Source: Nitrospirota bacterium (GTDB lineage Bacteria > Nitrospirota > Nitrospiria > Nitrospirales > Nitrospiraceae). Taken from it: a DNA stretch of 64,000 bases. Shown here in pieces: positions 22,219-32,653 of this stretch. Location: the NCBI GenBank assembly GCA_963703955.1, contig CAVPGK010000005.1, positions 15,911-79,910 on the forward strand, written 5' to 3'. Both the position numbers and the translations under genes were made by a program. Each line of letters begins with the position of its first letter. Position 1 is the stretch's first letter. The notes beneath the pieces were generated by a model, which worked only from the letters and a program-made list of their open reading frames with translations, was not told the DNA's origin and searched no databases.

Positions 22219-23463
22219 TTAGACTAAGGCTCTCACCTCGTTACGACCGGCTTGCTTGGCGCGCAGCAGGGCTTGGCCTGCTGCTTTCATCACCTGATCG
22301 GCCTTGGTCAGGTGCTGGTTCGGTTCAGCGACGCCGATGCTGATCGTCACGACGAGCTCCTTTGAAGCAAATTGATCCATCGCCTTGATTGTTCTCAGGC
22401 CAGGCCACCGGCGGGGCAGACTAATGGACGAGGTTTCAACGGCAGTCCGGAGGGTCTCGAGGTGGGGCAGGACGTCAGCCGCGGATTTACGTCGAAAGAT
22501 CACCACGAACTTGCCGCCATCGTAGCGGAAAGCTTCACCGCCACCGGACACATTCGCTATCTTTTTCGCGACCAGTTGTAATGCCAGATTTCCGAGAGAG
22601 TGCCCATAACGTTCATTAACCTGCTTCATCTCGTCAATGTCCACGATGGCAATGGCATACCGACTCCCCAAATTGTGCAGGATTTCATCCAAAGCGGGGC
22701 GGCCTCGAATGTTCGTCAGCTCGTCATAATAGGCCAATCGGTACTCATCTGCATAGATCGCGACGATCAGAATAAGGCCGGCCCCGGCCAAAAAATTGGT
22801 GGAGGACCAACCCAGTCGGGTGCCGTCCAGTGCGATAAATACCGCTATCAGTGCCCAGAAAAACCCTCGATCGAGTCGGCTCCTATGGAGAATGAAGCGA
22901 GATGTGACAAGGACAAACGCCGAGCCGAATGCCAACAGAGACGACTGGCTGAGAGAGGTCCATCCTGTATAACGGGGATCGATGAACGTAATCTCCAGTG
23001 ACGCCGTTCCAGCAGCAGTAAGCTCGGATTGCTTTGAGAAACAGAGCCAGATGACGAGGAGCGCTTGCACGAGAAGCAGGCTGACCCAACCCAGCTCCCG
23101 GCGGACGGCCAACCCTCGCTCTCGGATCAGCGACAGTGCCAAGAAGTTCAGCGGCACCAGCAGCCCGACCGCGTTGAACACCGTGCGGCCGACACCTGCT
23201 GCGACAATACCCTGTGCAAAGAACTGCAAAGCGCCATCAGCTATGACCAACAGCAGCGTGGCAAACATAACCCGACTGAGCCCCACAAACCACCCGAGCA
23301 GCATCCCCGCTCCGAGAACAATGTAATCGCATATCATCACGAACATCCCGGTCCACGCGGGTAAACCGGTGGGGCGGAGCAGACCCACAGCTGCCAGCAG
23401 CAGTAGGCCGTCCGGCAGAACAAAGGAAGAGAGCATTCTGAGAAGGGCGTTGGCTCTTATCAT
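22219..23463 (-). CDS. Multi-TM protein with degenerate GGDEF domain
   Basis: DELT..GR, IVDID..KQVN..YGH, VTISIGVA, AKQAGRN; signature reads RYDGGKF. Confidence 0.85.
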   Translation of the reverse strand: MIRANALLRMLSSFVLPDGLLLLAAVGLLRPTGLPAWTGMFVMICDYIVLGAGMLLGWFVGLSRVMFATLLLVIADGALQFFAQGIVAAGVGRTVFNAVGLLVPLNFLALSLIRERGLAVRRELGWVSLLLVQALLVIWLCFSKQSELTAAGTASLEITFIDPRYTGWTSLSQSSLLAFGSAFVLVTSRFILHRSRLDRGFFWALIAVFIALDGTRLGWSSTNFLAGAGLILIVAIYADEYRLAYYDELTNIRGRPALDEILHNLGSRYAIAIVDIDEMKQVNERYGHSLGNLALQLVAKKIANVSGGGEAFRYDGGKFVVIFRRKSAADVLPHLETLRTAVETSSISLPRRWPGLRTIKAMDQFASKELVVTISIGVAEPNQHLTKADQVMKAAGQALLRAKQAGRNEVRALV

Positions 23464-23796
23464 CCTTTTAAGCTAGCGGAGAGTTGTGGCCGAAAGATAA
23501 TTGTATCTGAGGATGTGCAAGGGTGGAGAGCCCCACGAAACCAATGGGTTGAGAGGCGCATGCCGGTTGAGACCTCTCGATACTGATAGGGAAGCATCCC
23601 AAAGTCGGTCGAAGCTGGCGCTTCATAGGATCCAGGATGAATCCCAAGGCTCCAAGGGACACGGTCCCAAACAATAGACTGTCCCAGAGTCGACCAAGAA
23701 CTCATCCGTGGCTTTTTTCCTCGGACTAGCAGGATTGATGATGCTGGCGGTTATATGCCTGAGTCCCATGTGACCATGCTTTTGAAGTCATATCGG

Positions 23797-24648
23797 TCAG
23801 TCAAGCCGCCAATGCCTTCCTATCGCGTTCGAAAATGCTGCAAATTGCGCCAATGTCAGAGTCTCGGCGCGGCGGGATGGGTCGATGCCGGCGTGCGACA
23901 TGGCGCGTGAGATCTGTTCTGCTAGGAGACCTTCATCGCGGAGAGAGTTTGAGAACGTCTTGCGGCGGTGGGCGAAGGCCGCGCGTACGATGCGGGTAAA
24001 CAGTGCATTGTCTTTCACGTGAACAGAAGGTGATTCTCGCATCATCAGGCGAACAACGGCGGAGTCCACCTCCGGTCGAGGGCGGAAGCAGGTCGCTGGA
24101 ACGCGAAAGGCCAAAAACGGCTCCGTCCAATACTGCGTGAGGACGGAGAGGACACCATATTCGCTCGTGCTCGGTTTGGCCACCAGCCGTCTGGCTACTT
24201 CTGTCTGTAACATGAGCACCATGCGATCGATCCGATCGTGGGTATCGAGCAGTTTGAACAGCAACGGGGTCGAGACGTAGTAGGGGAGGTTGGCGACAAC
24301 GACGGTTCCTGCGCGGAGCGTGTGGATGGGGAAGTCAAGCGCATCGCCCAGCCGGAGATCGAGATTGCGACAATCGGTCAGCGTCTCGGTGAGGTACTCG
24401 ACGAGCTGCGGATCGAGTTCGACGGCCGTCACCGATCCGGCCGTGGCGCATAACGCGCGGGTGAGAATGCCGCGCCCCGGACCGATCTCCAGCACCGAGT
24501 CATCCGGTCCTAGGGCTGCGAGCGCCACGATCTTTCGGACGATATTGGGATCGATCAAGAAGTGCTGCCCGAGGCGTTTGTCAGGGCGCGGAGCGATGGG
24601 GGGGCGGTCACTCGTCACGAGGCGCTCGTTATCCGCCTTTCTTCGCAT
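23797..24648 (-). CDS. rsmA: 16S rRNA (adenine-N6,N6)-dimethyltransferase
   Basis: KRLGQHFL, VLEIGPGRG, VANLPYY, FRPRPEVDSAV. Confidence 0.95.
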   Translation of the reverse strand: MRRKADNERLVTSDRPPIAPRPDKRLGQHFLIDPNIVRKIVALAALGPDDSVLEIGPGRGILTRALCATAGSVTAVELDPQLVEYLTETLTDCRNLDLRLGDALDFPIHTLRAGTVVVANLPYYVSTPLLFKLLDTHDRIDRMVLMLQTEVARRLVAKPSTSEYGVLSVLTQYWTEPFLAFRVPATCFRPRPEVDSAVVRLMMRESPSVHVKDNALFTRIVRAAFAHRRKTFSNSLRDEGLLAEQISRAMSHAGIDPSRRAETLTLAQFAAFSNAIGRHWRLD

Positions 24649-24934
24649 GCTCCAAGAGGGTGACCAGAAAATTGCGATAGGTCTCGGCCTCGTCGTTCAG
24701 TTCTTCGAGAAGATCATTGGTAAAGGACGGCCCTGGGTCCGTAGCCGAAAAGCGGGTGGCCTCCTCCTTGCCGACGTGCTGGGCCAACAGCTCGCTTGTC
24801 CTCGTTTTCCATTTCGCGATTTGCTCGGTGCCCGCCACGACGTTCAACCCGACCGTGGCTTGCTTGACGATATCATCCAGTTCCTTGATTTGGAGCTGGA
24901 TCACGTCCAAGGCGTTTGTGGGACCGTCGGTCAT
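24629..24934 (-). CDS. Hypothetical helical protein
   Basis: Overlaps both pdxA and rsmA in an operon-like arrangement. Confidence 0.7.
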   Translation of the reverse strand: MTDGPTNALDVIQLQIKELDDIVKQATVGLNVVAGTEQIAKWKTRTSELLAQHVGKEEATRFSATDPGPSFTNDLLEELNDEAETYRNFLVTLLEHAKKGG

Positions 24935-25965
24935 CGGGTCTTTCTCCTTCTACGTGCAAGCATCGCTGCAAGTGTAATGGCCTCGATCAGACTGCCGGGA
25001 TCCGCGACGCCTTTTCCCACAATATCGTAGGCAGTACCGTGGTCCACGGACGTGCGGATGATTGGGAGCCCCACGGTCAGATTCACGCACTTTCCGAAAG
25101 CGACCAGCTTCAGCGGGATCAACCCCTGATCGTGATACATCGCCACGACGCAGTCATAGTCGCCGCGTACCGCCTTCCCGAACAAAGTGTCGGCGGGAAG
25201 TGGGTCGCTGGCCAGAATCCCCGCGCGTCGGGCTTGACGGGAAGCCGGTGAGATGATCTCGCGCTCCTCGTCTCCGAATAAGCCGGATTCTCCGGCATGA
25301 GGGTTCAGCGCGGCCACTCCGATCCGCGGTTGAGCCACTCCGAAATACTCCCGCAAACCTCGCGTCGCCAGTCGAATCGCCTGTAGCACCCGATCCGTGG
25401 TGAGCGTGTCCGAGAGATTCCTAATCGCCACATGGGTCGTGGTGAACATGATCTTCAGTGGCCCCCCGAGGATCATCATGCCGCTTTCTTCGCTGTTGGT
25501 CAAAGCCGCTAAGAGCTCCGTGTGACCGGGATAGTGACAGCCGGCCAGATTGATCGCTTCCTTATTAATGGGGCCAGTGACGATTGCGTCCACGCACCCG
25601 GCTTGCGCCAGACGAACTGCCGTCTCGATAAATGCTACCGACGCCGCGCCGGTTTTCTCAGCCACCACGCCTGCTCTGAACTTGCCCAGCGGGCGTTCCA
25701 GTGGGTCCAGAACCGGTACCTCGACAGACGATCCCCATGACTGGGTGTGTTCGTGGACCGTGACCATCCGCAGTCGGAGCCTGAGAGACCGCACGGTTTC
25801 CTCCATGACCGGCCTCGACCCGATCACGATCGGACGACAGAGCTCACGGACAGCTCGGCGCGCGAGCGCCTTCGCGATCACCTCCGGCCCGATTCCCGCG
25901 GGATCTCCCATGGTGAGCCCAAGAATCGGACGGTTGTTCTCGTGGTGTGAACGATTACGCGCCAT
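24931..25965 (-). CDS. pdxA: 4-hydroxythreonine-4-phosphate dehydrogenase
   Basis: TMGDPAGIGPE, PGHTE, LNPHAGE, MYHDQG, RTSVDHGTA. Confidence 0.96.
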   Translation of the reverse strand: MARNRSHHENNRPILGLTMGDPAGIGPEVIAKALARRAVRELCRPIVIGSRPVMEETVRSLRLRLRMVTVHEHTQSWGSSVEVPVLDPLERPLGKFRAGVVAEKTGAASVAFIETAVRLAQAGCVDAIVTGPINKEAINLAGCHYPGHTELLAALTNSEESGMMILGGPLKIMFTTTHVAIRNLSDTLTTDRVLQAIRLATRGLREYFGVAQPRIGVAALNPHAGESGLFGDEEREIISPASRQARRAGILASDPLPADTLFGKAVRGDYDCVVAMYHDQGLIPLKLVAFGKCVNLTVGLPIIRTSVDHGTAYDIVGKGVADPGSLIEAITLAAMLARRRRKTR

Positions 25966-26956
25966 AGAGGTATACGATGAAAAATCCTACGTAAAGAAGG
26001 GCGGAGGTGCCCAGAAGCCACGGTCTCCAGTGCCCGCCTCCGAGCAGTTGAATAAGGCTCAACCCCACAGCGCCCAGCGCGAGCCCCATCGTGGCCAGAC
26101 CCGACGGCTCCAGATTCCAACTGGTCCCGACGAGCCCGACGGAGACTGGGAACGTTCCCTGAAAGACCATGGCCCCGGTGACATTGCCCACCGCAAGTGT
26201 GTCCTTTCGCTGGTACAGCCACAGGAAGCTGTTCGACATTTCCGGCAGTTCGGTGGCCAGCGGCGCGATGACCAGGGCCAGGAGCAGAGGGGACACAGCC
26301 AATTCAGTTGACAAGGATTTCGCCGCCGTCACAAACAGATGCGCGCCGCCCACGAGTGCAAGCAAACCGATCACGCCTTGGACCCCGATCATCACATAGG
26401 AGGGCACAGTCGATTTCGGAGTAAAGATCAACGGAGCAAGGCCCGTCTCTCCTTCCACCTCCGATGAGAATTTCAATTTGATGTACACGCCATACAGCAG
26501 CAGTAAGAGGATGGCCACGGCATACCGGATCACCGGATTCGACACGAACACGCAGGCGAGAGCCAATCCGTAGGCGACGAGAAAAAACTGAAGATCGATG
26601 CGGACCTCCCGATAGTCCAACACAAAGGAGGCGTGGCGTTTTCCCATCTTCGCATACAAGACCAGCAGCCCGGCCAAAATCGGCAGCACAAGCGTACTGA
26701 GCATGAATGGCGCGCCCAGGATGGCCCCGAGCCCGACGTCGGTCCTCTCCTGTCCGGACCCGAAGAAAATGGCGATAATGGGAATCGACGTTTCCGGCAG
26801 GGTCGTGCCGACCGCGGCAAGAATGCTTCCGACCGCTCCCTCGGGGACCTTGAGCCGCTTGCCCAGCCATTCAATGCCGTTGGTAAAGAGCGCGCAGCCT
26901 CCCAGCGTGACGACGACTGAGGCAAGGAACAACAAGACATAGTACAGGACCGTCAC
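25955..26956 (-). CDS. Sodium:calcium antiporter (CaCA family)
   Basis: Alpha repeats GTTLPE and ATELPE; GNVTGA; GTG start after GGAG. Confidence 0.88.
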   Translation of the reverse strand: MTVLYYVLLFLASVVVTLGGCALFTNGIEWLGKRLKVPEGAVGSILAAVGTTLPETSIPIIAIFFGSGQERTDVGLGAILGAPFMLSTLVLPILAGLLVLYAKMGKRHASFVLDYREVRIDLQFFLVAYGLALACVFVSNPVIRYAVAILLLLLYGVYIKLKFSSEVEGETGLAPLIFTPKSTVPSYVMIGVQGVIGLLALVGGAHLFVTAAKSLSTELAVSPLLLALVIAPLATELPEMSNSFLWLYQRKDTLAVGNVTGAMVFQGTFPVSVGLVGTSWNLEPSGLATMGLALGAVGLSLIQLLGGGHWRPWLLGTSALLYVGFFIVYLYGA

Positions 26957-27011
26957 GATCGCTCCATGAGCGATAAGGCAACATGAAAAATCCCAAATGA
27001 AAAAGTTCGAC

Positions 27012-28236
27012 TCATGATTTTGCCTTTGGCATTTTGCCTTTGGCATTTTGCCTTTGGCCTCGCGCTTGCTTGCGGTAAGCAAGCGCCGCTTCTTCCATGA
27101 TTTCGCGGATCGGCCGGCCGGTTTGTTGCGCGATCCGTTTGCAATCCGCGTATTCAGGCGCCGCCTTGCTGCGGCCCTGCCCCAGATCGGCGACCTTTAC
27201 GCGGACGGATCCCTGTGTGGTCCGCACCTGTTCGATCCTTCGGGGAAGGACGCGGCGGGACATTTCCTGCATCCTGACGCCCAGCGTACTTGTGTCTCGC
27301 AGGATCACGTCTGCCACTCCCTGCGCCTGAGCGGGAGATGCGAGGGCAGCGAGCACAATGCCCGGCCTACCCTGTTTCATGATCACGGGGGTGAGCGTCA
27401 CATCCACCGCGCCGGCGGCAAAGAGTCGTTCCATGATCGTGTCATAGGCCTGAGGATTCAGGTCGTCCAGGTTTGTCTCGATCTGAACGATCGACTCACT
27501 CTCGCGGGACGCGGCGACGACATCGGCCACAAAGATTCGCAGCACATTCGGCCATTCTCCGGTGTCCGCCGCGCCGGCGCCGTGTCCGATGGCGGTCGGA
27601 CGCATAAGGGGGAGTGGAACGAACTCTTTGACCAGCGTCCTCAGCAGCGCGATCCCGGTCGGCGTTGTCAACTCGCGGGCTGGACCGGCGCTGTAGATCG
27701 GGATGCCGCACGCCATGGCGGCCACTGCGGGACCCGGCGCCGGAAGCTTGCCGTGAGAGGAATCGATCATGCCGGAGCCAAGGTTCACAGCGCGATGCGG
27801 TCATCCGTTTGACGCCGAGGAGATGGCAGCCCAAGAGCGATCCAATGACGTCGACGAAGGAATCGACGACACCAACCTCATGAAACAACACGTCCGAGGG
27901 CTTGACGCGATGGGCGAGTCCTTCCGCCTTCGTCAGGCGCTCGAACACGTCACGGCTCTGCTCTTTGACCGTCGCCGGCACCCGGCTGGCGGCGATGATA
28001 CGATGGATGCGGCGGAGTGAAAACGGAGACCGGAACCCGTGGCGAATGACGACATCCACCTTCGTGGCATGCAAGTCGCCACGCGTGACCTGCGTGGAAC
28101 GCAGGCGATAACCTTGGACCGGAACGTCTTTGAGCGCGCGGACCAACTCCTTGAACGGCAGACCGGCGTCAACCAGCGCGCCGAGTATCATATCCCCGCT
28201 GATTCCGGAAAAGCAGTCGAAGTGAAGCCGGGTCAC
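27012..28236 (-). CDS. larC: Nickel-pincer cofactor nickel insertase LarC; frameshifted near 27790
   Basis: FDCFSGISGDMILGAL, FHEVG..DS, HGKLPAPGPA, ELTTPTG, IETNLDD, PEYADC. Confidence 0.92.
27017..27060. repeat. 3x 14-bp tandem repeat (ttttgcctttggca) at the 3' end of larC
   Basis: Visible directly in the sequence; translated into the LarC tail (QNAKGKMPKAKS). Confidence 0.85.
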
Positions 28237-28508
28237 GAGGCCTCTTTCATAACGTCGCAGTGAGCGTGGCGTCCGTGATCATAACGTAAGGCATTGGCTC
28301 GCAGCAATCGCGGGGGCCATGATTCACCGTCTCATGTTTATGTCAAGGTGAGAGCACCATGGCTGAAAGATCGTGCCTTGTTTGACAGTAAGACCCCTCT
28401 GTGATATCCACACATACGAGGACGTTGTTTTTCGTATCCGAGCAAACCGATGCCCCATTGTTTCTGCGGTTTATCAAGTCATCCAGTCAATTGTGAGAGT
28501 GGCCTGCC

Positions 28509-29048
28509 TTGTTAGCACAGCGGCCGACTTTCACCTCTTTTCTTTCGGCCGTCCTGCTGACAGGCCTCGTTTTGGTGTCAGCTTTCCAGGCGGAGGTTGA
28601 AGCGGCGAAGCGCAAGTCCGTTCCGGTCACTCCACCGGACCTGCGCATTGTCACCGTGAGCGCGTTACCCGATCCCTACAAGCCAGGATCGGGGGTCGTC
28701 GATTTCAACATCGAGGTGGAATTGCCGAAGGAGGTCGGTCAAGGCACCCTGCTGGAAGTCTCCTCCCTGGTTAGTTCTCCGTCGATGAGTTCGATGCGAT
28801 TTCTCGCCATCAGGCAGCCTCTATCGCCTGAGTCTTCGGACGTGGCCACAACTATGTCGCAGCCCGGCGCGGTGAAGCCCAGGGTGAGCGTGACATTGAC
28901 CTGGGATGGTATGGATCAATCGAAGCAGTTGGCGGAAAGCGGGCGCTACCACTATGAAATCCGCGCCAAGCTGCTGGCAGTCGGCGAGAACGGGCCCCGC
29001 ACACAGATGAATGCCTGGCCCAAACGAGGAACGCTCACGGTTGAATAG
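28509..29048 (+). CDS. Secreted hypothetical protein with FlgD-Ig-like C-terminus
   Basis: Signal peptide; LTWDGMDQSKQLAESGRYHY. Confidence 0.7.
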   Translation: MLAQRPTFTSFLSAVLLTGLVLVSAFQAEVEAAKRKSVPVTPPDLRIVTVSALPDPYKPGSGVVDFNIEVELPKEVGQGTLLEVSSLVSSPSMSSMRFLAIRQPLSPESSDVATTMSQPGAVKPRVSVTLTWDGMDQSKQLAESGRYHYEIRAKLLAVGENGPRTQMNAWPKRGTLTVE

Positions 29049-29163
29049 CCGTCGGCGATCAGCTTTCAGTTTTCGGTCAAAATGAAGTCGTTAGAAGATA
29101 TCCCCGGCCCACCGCTCCGGCATCTTCGATCTTCCAGAACTCATGCTGAGGATTGATCGCTCC

Positions 29164-29922
29164 TCATGTTCGTGTTCCGCCGAGCACATTGATCCTGTGC
29201 GCAAGACACCCGGCGCCGAAACCATTGTCGATGTTCATGACCCCCACTCCCGCGGCGCAGGAATTGAGCATGGTCAACAGAGCCGCCAGGCCGCCAAAGC
29301 TCGTGCCGTATCCCCGACTGGTAGGCACAGCGATGACTGGGCGATCAACCAGGCCTCCGACCACGCTCGGCAAGACGCCATCCATGCCGGCGACGACGAC
29401 AAGGACGCGGGCTTGCAAAAGCCGTTGATGCCGGCTGAGCACGCGATGTAGACCGGCCACGCCCACGTCATAGAGCGTGTCCACACGGCTCCCCATGACT
29501 TCAGCGGTGACTCGCGCTTCCTCGGCCACGGGGACATCCGCCGTGCCGGCCGTCATCACGAGAATCTTACCGGTGAGTTGTGGGAGACGCTTTTGGATCA
29601 CCACCACGCGCGCCAACTCATGAAAGACCGCGCGGCGATCCAGGCGGAGCAGCGCCCTGCCGATGTCCGCGTCGGCACGCGTGGCCAACAGGGATCCGCC
29701 CTTTTTCAACAAGCCGCGGGCAATGGCGAGGACCTGTGCCTGTGTCTTGCCTTCACAGAGGATGACCTCCGAGAATCCCTGACGAAGCGAGCGATGGTGG
29801 TCCACCGACGCAAAGCCCAGATCCTCGAAGGGAAGCGTCCGCAACCTATTTAACACCTCCGGGACGCTCGTCTTCCCCTTCTCCAGATCGATCAATACTT
29901 TCCTGAGCAGATCTCGGTCCAT
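29164..29922 (-). CDS. larB: Nickel-pincer cofactor biosynthesis carboxylase/hydrolase LarB
   Basis: DLGFASVDHHR, AGTADVPVAEEA, DVGVAGLHR, AGMDGVLPSVV, PTSRGYG, NIDNGFGAG. Confidence 0.95.
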   Translation of the reverse strand: MDRDLLRKVLIDLEKGKTSVPEVLNRLRTLPFEDLGFASVDHHRSLRQGFSEVILCEGKTQAQVLAIARGLLKKGGSLLATRADADIGRALLRLDRRAVFHELARVVVIQKRLPQLTGKILVMTAGTADVPVAEEARVTAEVMGSRVDTLYDVGVAGLHRVLSRHQRLLQARVLVVVAGMDGVLPSVVGGLVDRPVIAVPTSRGYGTSFGGLAALLTMLNSCAAGVGVMNIDNGFGAGCLAHRINVLGGTRT

Positions 29923-29983
29923 CTCTTCAACGACCCCTTCTTAGGGACGACCTGACTGACTCATATCCCCAAATGGCTGTACA

Positions 29984-30075
29984 GGGATGGTCGGATTGCC
30001 CTTCACTGCGCGCGTCCAGCGAGCATAGTCCGATCGTGCGCGCTGCGCGAGCACAAAGGGCAGTCCGACCGTCCC
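29984..30075. repeat. Palindromic hairpin element (family B)
   Basis: 20-bp arms gggatggtcggattgccctt / aagggcagtccgaccgtccc; core shared with 18902-18999. Confidence 0.8.
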
Positions 30076-30101
30076 TTCTTTCGATCGATGTCGTACCTGA
30101 G

Positions 30102-31130
30102 TCAGTTTGGTCGGACGTCACCTTCTTCCTTTGCCACCCGTTCCATCAATTCACTGACCGCCTGATGCGGCGGCTTACCGTCAAACAAGACCGCGCACAC
30201 TTCTCCAACAATGGGCATGTCGATCTCATATCGACTCGCCAAGCCGGCCGCTGCTCTCGAGGTCCGGATGCCTTCGGCCACCGCGGTCGTTTCCTTCAAG
30301 ATGTCGGCCAGACGCTCGCCTTGGCCGAGGCGAACGCCGACCGTGTAGTTGCGGCTCAACGGCCCTGTGCAGGTCAGCACGAGATCTCCGATGCCGGACA
30401 ATCCATAAAACGTTCGTGTTTCGGCGCCCATCGCATGGCCCAATCGAATCATTTCGGCCAATCCCCGTGTGATGAGAGCGGCGCGAGCGTTGTGGCCGAG
30501 CCGGAGACCGTCCACGACCCCGGCGGCGACGGCCATGACATTCTTCAACGCACCGCCGAGCTGCACTCCGACCACATCGGACCCGGCGTAGACTCTCAGG
30601 AGCGGCGTCATCAGCAGTGTTTGGAGTCGTCGAATCAGGTCCGCGTCCTCGCCGGCCAGGACGACGGCGGTCGGGCGGCCCCTACACACTTCGAGCGCGA
30701 AGCTGGGCCCAGAAAGAAAAGCCAACGAGCGATGCATAGGCGAAGCCAACGTCTCGCCCATCACCTCCGACATAAGTTTCAATGTGTCTTCTTCGATTCC
30801 TTTCGTCGCACTGATCAGCGGAATACACTGAGTGACGAGTGGGGCCAACTCCATGAGGACCGAACGGGCGGCATGTGAAGGCACCGCAAAGATGACAAGA
30901 GCAACCAGCTCGATCGCTTCGGTCAGCGAGCCCGTCGGGGTCAGCGAGACGGGAAGGGAAATGCCGGGCAGGAATAGGCTGTTCTCATGGCGGCGTTGGA
31001 TGCTCTCCACAACCTCGCGTTCGTAAGCCCAGAGGCGGACCGGCAGGCCCTTGAGCGCGAGATGGCGTGCCAACGTGGTCCCCCACGCTCCCGCTCCAAT
31101 GACGGCGACTTGTTGAACGGGCTGTTCCAT
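30102..31130 (-). CDS. gpsA: NAD(P)H-dependent glycerol-3-phosphate dehydrogenase
   Basis: GAGAWGT, ATKGIE, LSGPSFA, GGALKNV, GIGDLVLTC..SRN. Confidence 0.96.
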   Translation of the reverse strand: MEQPVQQVAVIGAGAWGTTLARHLALKGLPVRLWAYEREVVESIQRRHENSLFLPGISLPVSLTPTGSLTEAIELVALVIFAVPSHAARSVLMELAPLVTQCIPLISATKGIEEDTLKLMSEVMGETLASPMHRSLAFLSGPSFALEVCRGRPTAVVLAGEDADLIRRLQTLLMTPLLRVYAGSDVVGVQLGGALKNVMAVAAGVVDGLRLGHNARAALITRGLAEMIRLGHAMGAETRTFYGLSGIGDLVLTCTGPLSRNYTVGVRLGQGERLADILKETTAVAEGIRTSRAAAGLASRYEIDMPIVGEVCAVLFDGKPPHQAVSELMERVAKEEGDVRPN

Positions 31131-31156
31131 AGTCGTAACAGTAATGAGGCTGCGGG

Positions 31157-31185
31157 ATTATAGAAACCGTCGGCGCTGGTGTCAA
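31157..31185 (-). promoter_or_regulatory. Sigma70 promoter of gpsA
   Basis: Exact TTGACA-N17-TATAAT on the minus strand. Confidence 0.8.
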
Positions 31186-31309
31186 AGAATGACTTTCTCA
31201 GGAAAAGGGTTCTTGGAAATGAGATTCGACTGGAAACACGATGTGTTTAGCGGTAGGCTCCAGAGAGCAAACAGCCGCTATTCTCACTTCTCGGTAGAGT
31301 GTGACGAGG

Positions 31310-31702
31310 ATGATCTGTCCGGCCTGCAGCCAGCAACTCGCGGAGGAGAGCCGATTCTGCACGCGATGCGGAAGGCCCGTGGGAACCGACGCTCAACTCA
31401 GATCAACGTACGCCGGCATCGCCGCAAACGGTCACGAGGTGGAGGATATGAACATGACGGCTCTGTACGTCATGGTGGCCGCGTTGATCCTGGCTGTTCT
31501 CTTCCCTCCCTGGGAGACACCGCCTGGCCGGCCGCCGGAATTTCTCGGCTTTCACTTCATTCTGAATCCGCCGGAAATCGGCGCGGATGAAAGCGGTGGA
31601 GGGGGAGTCGTCAGCCGGCTCCTCATCACGATCGAATTGGTCACCATTGTGGTGGCGGGATTCTACCTCTCGTGGCTCTTCCGGAAAAAAGCGCGGATGT
31701 AA
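31310..31702 (+). CDS. Zinc-ribbon membrane protein
   Basis: CPAC..FCTRCG followed by two TM helices. Confidence 0.75.
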   Translation: MICPACSQQLAEESRFCTRCGRPVGTDAQLRSTYAGIAANGHEVEDMNMTALYVMVAALILAVLFPPWETPPGRPPEFLGFHFILNPPEIGADESGGGGVVSRLLITIELVTIVVAGFYLSWLFRKKARM

Positions 31703-31852
31703 GAAGTCATGCTGCCGGGACCGATCCCCCTACGTACACGTCCAAACCACCTCACTTTCTAATAAACAGGCCTTGGCGCGCCTGGGGAGAGGCGGGTGAA
31801 ATAATCGCGGTGCGTGAGTACGGTGGTCGGCCCGGCTTCCCTCTTCTCCGCC

Positions 31853-32653
31853 TCAATCCAAGGCCAGCGTCAAGCACTTTGCCGAGCCGCCCGCCTTCAT
31901 GAATTCGTCCAATCGCAGAGGATGCGGCTCGTACCCCTTCCCGACCAGGAGTTTCATCGTATCCGAACACCCTTCCGGCACGACGACGTGCTTGCCGACG
32001 CAGACTGCGTTACAGGCGAAACGAAGCGCATCAGACTCGGGTACCACCAGTCGGCGGGTCGCATCGATGCGATCCTTGATTACCGTCTGCGCGTAGGCAT
32101 CGAACGCCGGAGGGTAATATAACAATTCTCCTCCGCTAAGCGGGCAAAGGCAGGTATCCAGATGGTAGAAGCGGCTGTCTACCAGCTCGAGGGGGATGAT
32201 CTGACGCCCGAAGATCTCGCTCAGGCGCGTGTAAGCTCGGATATCGCTTCGCTGACGATAACCGCCGAACCAGACATCCGGAAATCCCAGTAGATCGCCG
32301 GCGCCTTCGAAGTAGAGGCCTTCTTCGAGAAGGATGACTTCATACTGATGCGCTCTGAACCATTGCTCGAAATAGGTTTCCTCGCGTTGCCGCTCCGGAT
32401 GCCGGAAGCGGCTGGGGACAGCCCGCCGACCCATCACGGAACCGGCATTCGCGGTAAACACCATGTCGGGAAGTCCAGGAACCGGTGGGACCCGCTCTAG
32501 CAGGACGCCGATTTCTTGCTCCAACACTTGCATCAAGCCATGCCACTGCGCGCGGGCGCGCTCGGGTTCGGCGGCATTCGAGACACGCATCCACGGATTG
32601 ATTTCATAATCGATGCTGTAATAGTCGGGCGGGCAGACCAGCAGGCGGGTCAT
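31853..32653 (-). CDS. Amidinotransferase/DDAH-fold protein, probable arginine dihydrolase (stand-alone ArgZ/AgrE N-terminal domain)
   Basis: YEINPWM, PDMVFTANAG, FEGAGD, FYHLDT, GGSAKCL (His/Asp/Cys triad). Confidence 0.85.
   Translation of the reverse strand: MTRLLVCPPDYYSIDYEINPWMRVSNAAEPERARAQWHGLMQVLEQEIGVLLERVPPVPGLPDMVFTANAGSVMGRRAVPSRFRHPERQREETYFEQWFRAHQYEVILLEEGLYFEGAGDLLGFPDVWFGGYRQRSDIRAYTRLSEIFGRQIIPLELVDSRFYHLDTCLCPLSGGELLYYPPAFDAYAQTVIKDRIDATRRLVVPESDALRFACNAVCVGKHVVVPEGCSDTMKLLVGKGYEPHPLRLDEFMKAGGSAKCLTLALD

Noticed and set aside
21930..23796. Riboswitch or ncRNA in the long intergenic gaps (21930-22218, 23464-23796; also 13308-13700 and 56500-56880)
   Set aside because: I could not recognise any known RNA motif by eye; an Rfam/Infernal search would be needed.
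27770..27800. larC frameshift as the programmed ribosomal frameshift known from Lactobacillus larC1/larC2
   Set aside because: The break is inside the N-terminal domain (TAS/AVNLGSG), not at the domain boundary. No slippery run is evident, and similar single-base breaks occur throughout the window.
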